Assembly (NCBI GenBank): GCA_019415505.1
Contig: DXZC01000001.1
Span: 1 to 63,536, forward strand
Length of the DNA: 63,536 nt
DNA from: Peptococcaceae bacterium
GTDB lineage: Bacteria > Bacillota > Dehalobacteriia > UBA7702
Direction: 5' to 3'
Shown: positions 1-12,313 of the stretch, one piece after another
Position numbering within the stretch: the stretch's first letter is position 1
Layout: the number at the start of each line of letters is the position of its first letter
The notes under the pieces: generated by a model
Told to the model about the DNA's origin: nothing
The model's database searches: none
Seen by the model: only the letters and a program-made list of their open reading frames with translations
Made by a program: the position numbers and the translations under genes

Positions 1-107
1 GTAGTAGTATCATCCAAATTCCAAAGGTAAACAAATAAAGCCCCTAAGAATACTACTATAGTAAAAAATATCAGTAATTTGTACCTGCTGAAACGAAATG
101 TAGACAT
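1..107 (-). CDS. 5' end of an unidentified membrane-protein gene (partial, continues past the window start)
   Basis: ATG at 107 lies 6 nt downstream of AGGAGGG (minus sense of 114-120). Translation MSTFRFSRYKLLIFFTIVVFLGALFVYLWNLDDTT has a basic N-terminus plus one hydrophobic helix. It is too short to appear in the ORF track. Confidence 0.4.
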   Translation of the reverse strand, partial: MSTFRFSRYKLLIFFTIVVFLGALFVYLWNLDDTT

Positions 108-518
108 TCTCATCCCTCCTTTTCTGGTATCTTTTCCCAGAATCAGAGGAATTATTCATTTTACTCTAATTTTAGTGCTTGGAGGGTTTTACACTATTTT
201 AAGAGTCTGAAGAGTTGTTTAGCAGTTCTATACCAAGTCTTAACATATCGACACAAACCCTTGGCATAGAGGCAGGTTAGACTGGGCGGCGACAAAAAAA
301 CCTGACGTTGCTTTGGTTGGCCAGGCAGAGATATCCGACTGTAAGCCATAAAAGTCCGCCGTTAAAGGTCTCTTGTAATACAGCTTTACGCTTATCTTGC
401 CAAACCCCAATGAGAAGCGGCTTTATAAAACTCGCGGTTACAGGTTAGGCCGCTATACCCCCCAATTTATGTAAGACGTGCTTCAGGCAGTTAGGCAAGT
501 TGCGCCCCGAATAGGATT

Positions 519-671
519 CTTACCTTATGGCAATTAACTTTATGTCGTTTACTACTTGGTCGCGCTTACTACTTTACCGTGGTTATTAACTTACAGCGGT
601 TTATGACTTTATGACGTTTATTACTTTACTACGGTCACTATTTTACAGCGTTTATCACTTTATAGCGGCGA
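519..671. repeat. array of about 9 degenerate tandem repeats, period 16-18 bp
   Basis: Successive units are ttaactttatgtcg / tttactacttggtcgcg / cttactactttaccgtgg / ttattaacttacagcgg / tttatgactttatgacg / tttattactttactacgg / tcactattttacagcg / tttatcactttatagcggcg. Confidence 0.75.
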
Positions 672-722
672 TAATAAGCAATTTAGGTACTAGAAACCTA
701 AGGAAGCTCAAGAGGCTGAGGT

Positions 723-760
723 AAAAGAAAAAAGGCAGGCGGTTTAAAACCGTCTGCCTT
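723..760 (-). terminator. rho-independent terminator of the atp operon
   Basis: AAGGCAGACGG-loop-CCGCCTGCCTT followed by TTTTTTCTTTT (minus sense), 9 nt after the atpC stop. Confidence 0.85.
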
Positions 761-768
761 AAATTAGT

Positions 769-1185
769 TTATTTGTCGATAATATCTTTAATTTGTAACC
801 GAGCCACCGCCCGTTTGAGAGCTGCCTCCGCCCTAGCCTCGTCCAGGCCCTCAGGCTTGTTAGTCAAACGCTCTTCCGCCCTTTCCTTAGCTTTTTGGGC
901 GCGGGCCGCATCAATTTCGGCGCGGGTTTCGGCCGATTTAGCCAAAATCACGGCTTTGTTTTTCTTAACTTCCAGGAAGCCGCCACCAATAAACAGGGCA
1001 ACTTCTTCGCCACCAACGGGATTGACCCTTAATTTACCAATATCCAACCCTGTGACGATGGGAATATGGTCGGGCAGAATCCCGATCTCCCCCATTATTG
1101 CAGGAGCAAAAATAGAAGCGACATCGGCGGAATATACAACTTTCTCAGGGGTTACGATCTCCAAAGAGATGTGCTTATCCGACAT
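769..1185 (-). CDS. atpC: F0F1 ATP synthase subunit epsilon
   Basis: 138 aa. It is the last gene of the atp operon, 3 nt after atpD. It has an epsilon-like N-terminal beta domain (LEIVTPEKVVY) and an Ala/Arg/Glu-rich helical C-terminus. Confidence 0.9.
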   Translation of the reverse strand: MSDKHISLEIVTPEKVVYSADVASIFAPAIMGEIGILPDHIPIVTGLDIGKLRVNPVGGEEVALFIGGGFLEVKKNKAVILAKSAETRAEIDAARAQKAKERAEERLTNKPEGLDEARAEAALKRAVARLQIKDIIDK

Positions 1186-1187
1186 TT

Positions 1188-2645
<1,458 letters not shown>

Positions 2646-2662
2646 TTATTCGCCTTAAATCT

Positions 2663-3544
2663 TTATTCGAGGGCAGCCGCGCCACCCACGATTTCGTTAA
2701 TTTCTGTGGTAATAGCTGCTTGACGCGCTCTGTTCAAAGTCAGGGTCAAGCTCTGGATAAGTTCCATAGCGTTGTCTGTAGCGGAACTCATGGCCGTCAT
2801 TCTGGCGCCATGTTCACTTGCTTTCGACTCTAAAATACCGTTGAAAACCAGTGTTTCCACATAAGCTGGGAGTAACACTCCCAAGACTTCCTCCTCCGAG
2901 GGTTCGAAGATAGTATCAGCGTCTACACCGGTTTTTGCCGCTGCTTCAGCTTCCTCCGCTACTTCAGACTCCACGGGGACGATGGGAAGAATCTGCAAAT
3001 CCGTGGGAATAAAGGTCATTGCCGAACGGAATTTGTTGAAGTACAGGTGTACTTCGTCATAATCTCCTTCGGTATACTTTTGGATTAATTCCAAAGAGAT
3101 AGTTTTACCCAGGGAATAGGTGGGGAAATCCCCAATATCCACATAGGAATTCACCACATTGTAATCGCGTTTGGTAAAATAATCACGCGCTTTTTTACCA
3201 ATGGCGATAATATCGCAGTTTTCTTCACGGGCCTTAATAGCGTTTTCACATTCCTTAATAATATTGGAATTGAAGCCGCCGCAAAGACCGCGGTCACCGC
3301 TAACTATGACATATAACACATTCTTAACGTCTCTGACCTCCTGTAAGGGATGGACCGAGCCGCCGCCTTTATCGGAAAGGTTACCCAGAACCTCGCGAAC
3401 TTTATCAGCATAGGGTCTGGCTGCTACCACACTGGACTGAGCTCTCCGCAGCTTAGAAGATGAAACCATTTTCATGGCCTTAGTAATCTGACCGGTACTT
3501 TCAGTACTACGGATGCTGCGTCTAATATCGCTCATGCTTGCCAT
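2663..3544 (-). CDS. atpG: F0F1 ATP synthase subunit gamma
   Basis: 293 aa between atpA and atpD. N-terminal IxSTxxIxKITKAMKMVSxSKLRRAQ and C-terminal ITxEIxEIVGGAxAL helices are typical of gamma. Confidence 0.92.
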   Translation of the reverse strand: MASMSDIRRSIRSTESTGQITKAMKMVSSSKLRRAQSSVVAARPYADKVREVLGNLSDKGGGSVHPLQEVRDVKNVLYVIVSGDRGLCGGFNSNIIKECENAIKAREENCDIIAIGKKARDYFTKRDYNVVNSYVDIGDFPTYSLGKTISLELIQKYTEGDYDEVHLYFNKFRSAMTFIPTDLQILPIVPVESEVAEEAEAAAKTGVDADTIFEPSEEEVLGVLLPAYVETLVFNGILESKASEHGARMTAMSSATDNAMELIQSLTLTLNRARQAAITTEINEIVGGAAALE

Positions 3545-3579
3545 TTTAGCTCACCACCTTCCGAATTTTTGTTACGCGA

Positions 3580-5646
<2,067 letters not shown>

Positions 5647-5650
<4 letters not shown>

Positions 5651-6132
5651 TGCAATTCCCCTGCCTCTTCAATATACTTATCCACTAATTTCTTGTGGTC
5701 TGCATCGGTTAAAGAGTGGTCGACGAGTTTGGCTGCGGCTAACATAGCAAGAGATGCGGTCTCGCTGCGGAGTTCCGCCACGGCCTTTTCTTTTTCATCT
5801 TCAATTTCCTTATGGGCCTTTTCGATGAGTTTTTGAGCTTCAGCTTTGGCTGCTGTAATGATTTCGTTCTTTTGGGTTTCGCCAGTTTTTTCCGCTCTAA
5901 CTATAATTTCCTGAGCCGCCTCCCGAGATTTGGCCAGTTCAGCGCTGATTTCAGCTTTCATGGCCTCCGCGTCGGCCTTAAGGCTTTCGGCGGTTTCAAT
6001 ATTTTTTTGAATATTTTCCCGTCTCAACTTCATGGTCTTATTTAACGGCTTATACATTAAGAAGTACATAGCGAAAATTAAAATCAGAAAGTTGACAATG
6101 GCAAATATTACGCTGAAAAAATCTATTTGCAC
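5647..6132 (-). CDS. atpF: F0F1 ATP synthase subunit b
   Basis: One N-terminal TM helix followed by a long charged coiled coil. It has a 4-nt overlap with atpH. Confidence 0.85.
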
Positions 6133-6189
6133 TTAAAACTTACCCCCTCTCTTTACGGTAAAACTTTTGAGTATCTCTCCAAGTTTAAA

Positions 6190-6426
<237 letters not shown>

Positions 6427-6479
6427 TCAAGATAGACAACTAAATTTTTTATTAAATTGTATAAATTTGAACCTTTTCA

Positions 6480-7226
6480 TCAATGGGCCTTACCCGCTGC
6501 AGTGGAAATGTAAATTGCCGCCAGCAGTGAAAATACTAGGGCCTGAATAAGGCCGAAAAGCATACCGAGTATTTCCATTGCCGCAGGAACTACAACAGGT
6601 ACTAAATTAACAAACTGAACAATAACTTCTTCTTCACCGGAAATATTACCATAGAGTCGAAGAGCCAGGGTAAACGGGTGAATAATCTCTTCCAATAGTA
6701 AAATTGGCAGTAATACGGCAAAGGGAGAGACAAAGTGTTTGAAATACCCTAATTGATTTCCCTGGAAGCCGGCAAAATGAGTCATAAGGAAAACAAGTAT
6801 TGCAAAGCCGGCGGTAACGCTAAAAATAGCCGTGGGCGCTTGCAAATTCATCAGTTTGCCATGCTCTACATTGAGAGGCAGCATACCAGAGTAGTTGGAC
6901 ATCAATATGAATATGAAAAATGTTACCAGTACGGGACCGTACTGCCTGCCTAATTTTTCACCGATGATGCCGTTAAAGAAGTTAGATAGGCCGCCATAAG
7001 CCCACTCCCCAAAGTTTTGGATACCTTTCGGTATCATGGCCTTTTTTCTGGCCGCCAGGACGCCTAAAATAATCATAACCAGCATGACGCCCCAGAAGTT
7101 CAGCATCCAAGTGGTTAGACCAGGAGTAAAAGAGAATTGAAAGCCCAAAATCTCTGTTGACCACAAGGCGTCGCCACCCATAACATAGTGAGAGTTCCCG
7201 ATAGCAACCTGTGCTACTGCATTCAT
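6480..7226 (-). CDS. atpB: F0F1 ATP synthase subunit a
   Basis: Polytopic membrane protein with the conserved stator Arg motif LALRLYGNI. Confidence 0.92.
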   Translation of the reverse strand: MNAVAQVAIGNSHYVMGGDALWSTEILGFQFSFTPGLTTWMLNFWGVMLVMIILGVLAARKKAMIPKGIQNFGEWAYGGLSNFFNGIIGEKLGRQYGPVLVTFFIFILMSNYSGMLPLNVEHGKLMNLQAPTAIFSVTAGFAILVFLMTHFAGFQGNQLGYFKHFVSPFAVLLPILLLEEIIHPFTLALRLYGNISGEEEVIVQFVNLVPVVVPAAMEILGMLFGLIQALVFSLLAAIYISTAAGKAH

Positions 7227-7537
7227 CTAGTTTTCACCTCCTTATCGGTTTTAATATATTTAACAATCAATACTTTTTGCGTAATTACTATGCCCGTAGC
7301 AGCGCCCAATAAGGCGGGCAGCCACTGGGCTACCAATAGGAGCGCGATTACATCAATAAAAAAATGCACCGCGTAGCGTATCATTATATTTCTTTTTAGC
7401 TTATCCAGTTTAAATAAAACGCTTTGGGAATTCACCTTATTCCAGCCCTTTACTAATAACTGGTGATTAAAAAACCCCACCAGGGAACCGTATAATATAC
7501 CGAGAACCACCTGTGCGACAATATGAAGAGTGCTCAT
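7223..7537 (-). CDS. atpI: ATP synthase protein I-like small membrane protein
   Basis: 104-aa hydrophobic protein immediately upstream of atpB, overlapping it by 4 nt. The call rests on position and topology only. Confidence 0.6.
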   Translation of the reverse strand: MSTLHIVAQVVLGILYGSLVGFFNHQLLVKGWNKVNSQSVLFKLDKLKRNIMIRYAVHFFIDVIALLLVAQWLPALLGAATGIVITQKVLIVKYIKTDKEVKTR

Positions 7538-7798
7538 TTAATCATCCCCCTCTTCTTTCTTACTGTTCTCCTTTTCAATCTCCCCGGCTATTTGAATTTG
7601 TTTAAAGAGATAGAGAAAGCCCATAGCCAGGGCTACAAACAGTAAAATCAATCTGAGCAGCGGTTCTGTACCAAACTTTTCATCAAGCCAGCCCCCAAGG
7701 AGGACGCTTAATAAATAGATATTCATACCCATAGTGAGGCCAAAAGTAGAAGCTATACGTATATAAGTATAAACACTTTGCGGTATTTTTTGGGCCAT
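7538..7798 (-). CDS. AtpZ/AtpI-family small membrane protein (first gene of the atp operon)
   Basis: Two TM helices. The preferred start is ATG at 7798, preceded by AAGGTGAGG. The ORF-track start at 7816 is a TTG inside that RBS. Confidence 0.55.
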   Translation of the reverse strand: MAQKIPQSVYTYIRIASTFGLTMGMNIYLLSVLLGGWLDEKFGTEPLLRLILLFVALAMGFLYLFKQIQIAGEIEKENSKKEEGDD

Positions 7799-7862
7799 AA
7801 GCCTCACCTTCTGCAATTATACAATAGGGGGGTATATAAACCCCCTTCTACATCATGGAACT

Positions 7863-7892
7863 ATTATACTTCATATTATTTGTCTAAAACAA
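7863..7892 (-). promoter_or_regulatory. candidate sigma-A promoter of the atp operon
   Basis: Minus sense TTGTTT-N18-TATAAT, about 65 nt upstream of the atpZ start. Confidence 0.35.
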
Positions 7893-7999
7893 GTGTAATT
7901 TATTGTTTTAGTGACAGATTGTCACAATTTATCTGCAATTATGCCATGAGTAATACTTCTAATTTTCACACCATAGTATAGTATAAAAATATGCCATAA

Positions 8000-9106
8000 T
8001 CATAAATACTCGTTTAAAATTTCACCTATAGTTTCCGAGGCCCGGCCATCGCCATAGGGGTTTTTACGTAAAGCCATTGCCTTATAGGCCGCCTCATCTT
8101 TTAGGAGGGTCGTCGCCTCCCTTATAATGGCAGCGGCCTTGGTGCCCACAACTTTGACGGTGCCGGCCTCAACAGCTTCCGGCCGTTCCGTGGTATTACG
8201 CAGCACCAAAACAGGTTTACCCAGGGATGGCGCCTCCTCCTGAATGCCGCCGCTATCGGTTAACACCAAATAGGCTTTACTCATGAGAGTGGAAAAGGGA
8301 TGGTAGTCCAAAGGTTCGATACAGTGTATGCCGGAAACTCCCTGAAAATGCTTAGCAGCCAGTTGACGTACTTGGGGATTTTTGTGCATGGGGAAAACTA
8401 TTTCAATATCAGGATTATTATCAAATAAAGTTCGTACTGCCCCAAATATTTCAGACATCGGCTGGCCCCAGTTTTCCCGGCGGTGACAGGTCAATAAAAG
8501 CACCTTTTTTTGCCAATCCACAGCCGCCAAGCCATATTGCGATAAATCGCAGGGGTTGGCCACTGACCACAGTAAGGCGTCAATTACCGTATTGCCGGTG
8601 ACAAATATTTTTTGGGGCTCCACATTTTCCCGCAAGAGATTAGCCTTATTTACTTCCGTGGGCGCGAAATAATAATCTGAGATAACATCGGTCAAGCGGC
8701 GGTTCATTTCTTCCGGCCAAGGGGAAAGCTTATCGCCGGTGCGTAACCCCGCCTCCACATGGCCCACAGGAACCCCTTCGTAAAAACCAGCCAGGGAAGC
8801 CGCCATAGTGGTAGTGGTATCGCCGTGTACCAAAATGATATCCGCTTGAAAATCCCGCAAAACGTCTCTCAGACCCAATAAGACGCCAGTGGTAATATCG
8901 TAAAGGCTTTGCCCCGCCTTCATGAGGTTTAAGTCGTAATCCGGGGTTATGTGAAACAATTCCAGAACCTGATCCAACATCTCCCGATGTTGGGCGGTTA
9001 CCGCCACCCCAACAGTAAAGGCAGAGTTCTTTTCCAAGGCCTTGACCAGGGGGGCCATTTTTATGGCTTCGGGCCTGGTGCCGAAAACCAGTAAAATCCT
9101 CTTCAT
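8000..9106 (-). CDS. wecB: UDP-N-acetylglucosamine 2-epimerase (non-hydrolysing)
   Basis: FGTRPEAIKMAP, HVEAGLRT and TDSGGIQEEAPSLGKPVLVLR motifs. Confidence 0.9.
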   Translation of the reverse strand: MKRILLVFGTRPEAIKMAPLVKALEKNSAFTVGVAVTAQHREMLDQVLELFHITPDYDLNLMKAGQSLYDITTGVLLGLRDVLRDFQADIILVHGDTTTTMAASLAGFYEGVPVGHVEAGLRTGDKLSPWPEEMNRRLTDVISDYYFAPTEVNKANLLRENVEPQKIFVTGNTVIDALLWSVANPCDLSQYGLAAVDWQKKVLLLTCHRRENWGQPMSEIFGAVRTLFDNNPDIEIVFPMHKNPQVRQLAAKHFQGVSGIHCIEPLDYHPFSTLMSKAYLVLTDSGGIQEEAPSLGKPVLVLRNTTERPEAVEAGTVKVVGTKAAAIIREATTLLKDEAAYKAMALRKNPYGDGRASETIGEILNEYL

Positions 9107-9110
9107 ATTG

Positions 9111-9563
9111 TTATTTTTTCTCCCCTATTTTTACCAATTCAATGCCAGCCTCAGCCGCAATTTTCACGGCAAAGTCATCGGGATAGTCCCCTTCGTAGAC
9201 AATGCGTTTAATCCCTGATGTTATTATGGCTTTCATACAAGTTACGCAAGGCTGATTAGTGACATAAATAGTTGAACCCTCCAACGCAATACCATAACGG
9301 GCGGCAATATTGCAAATGTTCGCTTCAGCATGTTGGGCCCGGCAAATCTCCTGCCGCTCTCCGGAAGGTATGTTCATCTGCTGACGGATGCAGCCTGTAG
9401 TCTCGCAGTGGGGGGTGCCGGGCAAGGCGCCGTTATAGCCAGTACCCAGAATACGGTTGTCCGGGCTAACCGCCACAGCCCCCACCTCTCGCCGCAAGCA
9501 AGTTGAACGGGAAGCGGCCACTCTAGCCATTTCCATAAAATATTCATCCCAGCTTTTACGCAT
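9111..9563 (-). CDS. dCMP (deoxycytidylate) deaminase, ComEB-like
   Basis: Zinc-deaminase motifs HAEANI and PCVTCMK; 150 aa. Confidence 0.85.
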   Translation of the reverse strand: MRKSWDEYFMEMARVAASRSTCLRREVGAVAVSPDNRILGTGYNGALPGTPHCETTGCIRQQMNIPSGERQEICRAQHAEANICNIAARYGIALEGSTIYVTNQPCVTCMKAIITSGIKRIVYEGDYPDDFAVKIAAEAGIELVKIGEKK

Positions 9564-9565
9564 AA

Positions 9566-10009
9566 TTACTCTCCTTTATCCAGGGCGGTAAGTAAATCCA
9601 CCCTTTGCTGGTGGCGACCGCCTTGAAATTTAGCGGCCAAAAAAGTGTCGGTAATGGATAAAGCCATGGTATCACCGATTAAGCGGGCTCCCATGGCCAA
9701 AACATTGGCGTCATTATGCTCCCGGCTAAGGCGAGCGGAAAGGCACTCGCTGCAGAGGGCAGCCCGGATACCTTTTACTTTATTAGCGGCAATGCTGATG
9801 CCAATACCGCTACCGCAAATTACTATCCCCTTAGCGGCCTCGCCGCTGGCCACTAACTCGCCCACTTTTTGGCCGTAAACAGGGTAATCAACCCGCTCAG
9901 CGCTATAAGCGCCTACATCTATAACCTCAAAGCCCTTATCCGCCAGGTGCTGGCGCACTATTTCTTTAAGGGCAAAGCCCGCATGGTCCGAACCTATGGC
10001 AATTTTCAT
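9566..10009 (-). CDS. rpiB: ribose-5-phosphate isomerase B
   Basis: MKIAIGSDHAGFxLK N-terminus and CGSGIGISIAANK motif; 147 aa. Confidence 0.92.
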   Translation of the reverse strand: MKIAIGSDHAGFALKEIVRQHLADKGFEVIDVGAYSAERVDYPVYGQKVGELVASGEAAKGIVICGSGIGISIAANKVKGIRAALCSECLSARLSREHNDANVLAMGARLIGDTMALSITDTFLAAKFQGGRHQQRVDLLTALDKGE

Positions 10010-10133
10010 AATTTCCTCCCCCGATAATTTATAATCCAGTAAAAAACATTTCTACACCAATACGGCTTTTCCTTGTGGAAAATATAGTCATGCCATAAAA
10101 AAACGCCTAAATGTCCAGCCGGTTATTAATGCT

Positions 10134-10163
10134 CAGTTTAGTCTTAATCAGTTTAGTCTTAAT
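10134..10163. repeat. perfect 15-bp tandem duplication
   Basis: cagtttagtcttaat occurs twice in the rpiB upstream intergenic region. Confidence 0.8.
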
Positions 10164-10257
10164 GGGGGGAATACATCCAAATCCCCAGGTGAGTTAGGTC
10201 AATACCCGCCCAGCAACAGCAGCCAATTGACCAAAGCTACACGGCCTTAAACTTTGA

Positions 10258-10290
10258 ACCGGGCCATGAGAATGTTCACAGCCCGGTTAT
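10258..10290 (-). terminator. terminator-like hairpin after the LMW phosphatase gene
   Basis: ACCGGGC...GCCCGGT stem directly after the stop at 10292. The T-tract is weak. Confidence 0.45.
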
Positions 10291-10291
10291 C

Positions 10292-10762
10292 TTACATTTT
10301 TAGTTCTTGCTTAACTATCTTATCTAAAACAACGGCGATTTCCCGTGCCAGCCCGGCGGCTGTCTCCTCGTAAATCTCATGGCTACCGCAATAGGGGTCG
10401 TGGACATCCTCGCCGCTGCCGCTGAGTTCACCCAGGGTAAAGGTCTTACCAGCGCCCTGGGGGAAATTATAGAGCAACGCCTTTTTATGGGCTGAAGTCA
10501 TCACAATAATCACATCAGCTTTCTCCACCATGGGAGCTTTAAATAGTTTAGAGCGGTGGTGGCTCATATCTATGCCCCGTTGGGCCAAAACGTCCTGGGC
10601 TTCGACAGTGGCGGGAATATTATCCGCCGCCATCAAACCGGCGGAATCAAATAACAGCTTAACCTGGGGATATTTTTTTTGCGCCAAATCAGCCGCCAGA
10701 TAAGCCGCCATAGCGCTGCGGCAGGTATTGCCGGTGCAGACAAATAAAATCTTCTCTACCAT
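10292..10762 (-). CDS. low-molecular-weight protein phosphatase (YwlE-like Tyr/Arg phosphatase)
   Basis: P-loop CTGNTCRS at the N-terminus and a DPY motif near the C-terminus. Its neighbourhood with sua5 and rpiB matches Bacillus. Confidence 0.85.
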   Translation of the reverse strand: MVEKILFVCTGNTCRSAMAAYLAADLAQKKYPQVKLLFDSAGLMAADNIPATVEAQDVLAQRGIDMSHHRSKLFKAPMVEKADVIIVMTSAHKKALLYNFPQGAGKTFTLGELSGSGEDVHDPYCGSHEIYEETAAGLAREIAVVLDKIVKQELKM

Positions 10763-10778
10763 ATTAAACCCTCCTTCT

Positions 10779-11810
10779 TTACCGGGCGGCGGCTTTTTTG
10801 ATACGGTTCATTAAGGCCGCGCCAAATCCTTCCTCGGAAAACTCTTCAACGTATATAACTTCTATGCCCTCTTTGTCGCACTGGCGGAAAAGATGAAATA
10901 ATTGTTGGGCCACATATTCGCAACCATCTTCAGCGGCAAAAATAATCTTTTTCTCCGGCTGTATTATCTTATTAGCTTCTTCCCACCGCGCCTGGGAAAA
11001 GATAACGCAAGCTTTTTCCCCGCCTGGGGCGTTAGCCAGAAGCTGCAACCCCGCGTCTCCCTGGGGTACCAAAATAACTTCTGCGTCAGGGGCGTAATGG
11101 CGGTACTTCATTCCCGGCGCCTTGGGGTGTTGACCATTGTCTAGTTGAACCTGGCGGGGTTGTTTTAAACGGGGCACAAAGGGTTTTATGGCCTCGTAAG
11201 TTATTTTTCCGGGCCGCAGTATTACCGGTTCGGGCAAGGTTAAATCTATAATCGTGCTTTCCACCCCTATTTCTACCGCGCCGCCGTCCAACAGCAAGGG
11301 CACCCGTCCCGCCATATCCTCAAATACGTGTTCCGCCCTGGTAGGGCTGGGTTTGCCGGAAAGATTAGCGCTGGGCGCGGCCACAGGCAGGGCAGCGGCG
11401 TCAATTAAGTCCAGCGCCACGCCATGACCGGGCATACGCACTGCCACAGTGTCCAAACCGCCGGTGGTTGTATAGGGTATTTTGTCGCTTTTCGGTAAAA
11501 TCATGGTGAGGGGACCAGGCCAAAATTCAAAGGCTAGGCGGCGGCAGACGGGGGAAATTTCCGCCACTAAATCCTCTAACATATCAATAAAAGAAATATG
11601 AACAATTAAGGGGTTGTCCGAAGGACGCCCCTTAGCGGCGTATATTTTTTGAGCGGCAGCGGCGTCAAGGGCATTAGCGCCCAGACCATACACGGTTTCC
11701 GTGGGAAAGGCCACCAGTTGGCCGCTGTGTAATAGCTCCGCCCCGGTGGCGATAGCTTCGCGGTATTCGGATATGCTGACTTCGTTGGTTTTAATCCATT
11801 TAGTTTCCAT
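10779..11810 (-). CDS. tsaC: L-threonylcarbamoyladenylate synthase (Sua5/YwlC type, with C-terminal Sua5 domain)
   Basis: VAFPTETVYGLGANA and SANLSGKPSPT motifs. The likely start is METKW at 11810; the ORF-track start at 11864 adds 18 aa with no better RBS. Confidence 0.88.
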   Translation of the reverse strand: METKWIKTNEVSISEYREAIATGAELLHSGQLVAFPTETVYGLGANALDAAAAQKIYAAKGRPSDNPLIVHISFIDMLEDLVAEISPVCRRLAFEFWPGPLTMILPKSDKIPYTTTGGLDTVAVRMPGHGVALDLIDAAALPVAAPSANLSGKPSPTRAEHVFEDMAGRVPLLLDGGAVEIGVESTIIDLTLPEPVILRPGKITYEAIKPFVPRLKQPRQVQLDNGQHPKAPGMKYRHYAPDAEVILVPQGDAGLQLLANAPGGEKACVIFSQARWEEANKIIQPEKKIIFAAEDGCEYVAQQLFHLFRQCDKEGIEVIYVEEFSEEGFGAALMNRIKKAAAR

Positions 11811-12050
11811 ATTTGGCTTACCTTTTATAAAAAGGGAGCCCATGCTGGGCTCCCCGAATTGCAAACAATTTCAGATACAAGATGTTAAGTTTCAGATTGG
11901 CCAAAACAGTTTACAGGTGCAATACTGTAAACCCTTTAAGCACAAGGCGGGGTTTAAAACGCCTTTCGCTTATGAGATATGAGGAGAGCCAATTAAGGCT
12001 CCCTCTATCTCGTCCGCTATCAAAAATATATTTATTCCGAGAAGGGAAAA

Positions 12051-12245
12051 TTATTTCTTGATAACATTGGCAGCTTGAAAGCCTCTGGGACCCTCTACCC
12101 TATCGAACTCCACACATTGTCCTTCGTCCAGGGTCTTAAAACCGTCGCCGGTAATGGCGGAAAAATGTACAAATACATCGCCATCAGAGCTGTCAAGAAA
12201 GCCATAGCCTTTCTCGGCATTAAACCATTTTACTTTGCCTTCCAT
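12051..12245 (-). CDS. cold-shock protein (CspA family)
   Basis: RNP1 KGYGFL and RNP2 VFVHFSAI; 64 aa. Confidence 0.95.
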   Translation of the reverse strand: MEGKVKWFNAEKGYGFLDSSDGDVFVHFSAITGDGFKTLDEGQCVEFDRVEGPRGFQAANVIKK

Positions 12246-12277
12246 GTGAACCTCCTAAATGATATAAAACATCTCGA

Positions 12278-12313
12278 TGCTATAATTATAGCACAGTAAA
12301 TTTGAAAATCAAG
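12278..12313 (-). promoter_or_regulatory. csp promoter with extended -10 embedded in a perfect 16-bp palindrome
   Basis: TGCTATAATTATAGCA (12278-12293) contains TGnTATAAT. TTGATT lies about 16 nt upstream, overlapping the end of the MoxR gene. Confidence 0.55.

Noticed and set aside
294-520. A known riboswitch or leader: T-box (gtaaccgcg resembles GGTACCGCG) or c-di-AMP ydaO (ctaacctgtaaccgcg resembles CAGCUAACCUCGUAAGCG).
   Set aside because: Only one short block resembles each family. The other conserved elements (the T-box placed against the terminator, specifier-loop features; ydaO ACGGGGA, GGGGUGAAUC and CCGAA blocks in the right order) are missing, and the G of the GCUAAC core is not conserved. 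A covariance-model scan would be decisive.
519-671. The tandem arrays (here and at 18518-18621 and 51805-51864) as CRISPR arrays.
   Set aside because: The units are contiguous with no unique spacers, are only 16-31 bp long, and are degenerate. No cas genes or leader are present in the window.
121-768. tmRNA, RNase P RNA, SRP RNA or 6S RNA in this ORF-free region, and likewise in 52757-53007.
   Set aside because: I found no GGATTCGAC or CCACCA-type tmRNA ends and no GAGGAAAGTCC plus ACAGAA...GGCTTA RNase P core (only an isolated AAAGTCC at about 350). There is no SRP GGAA-tetraloop domain IV. The 5' and 3' ends are not mutually complementary as 6S RNA requires.
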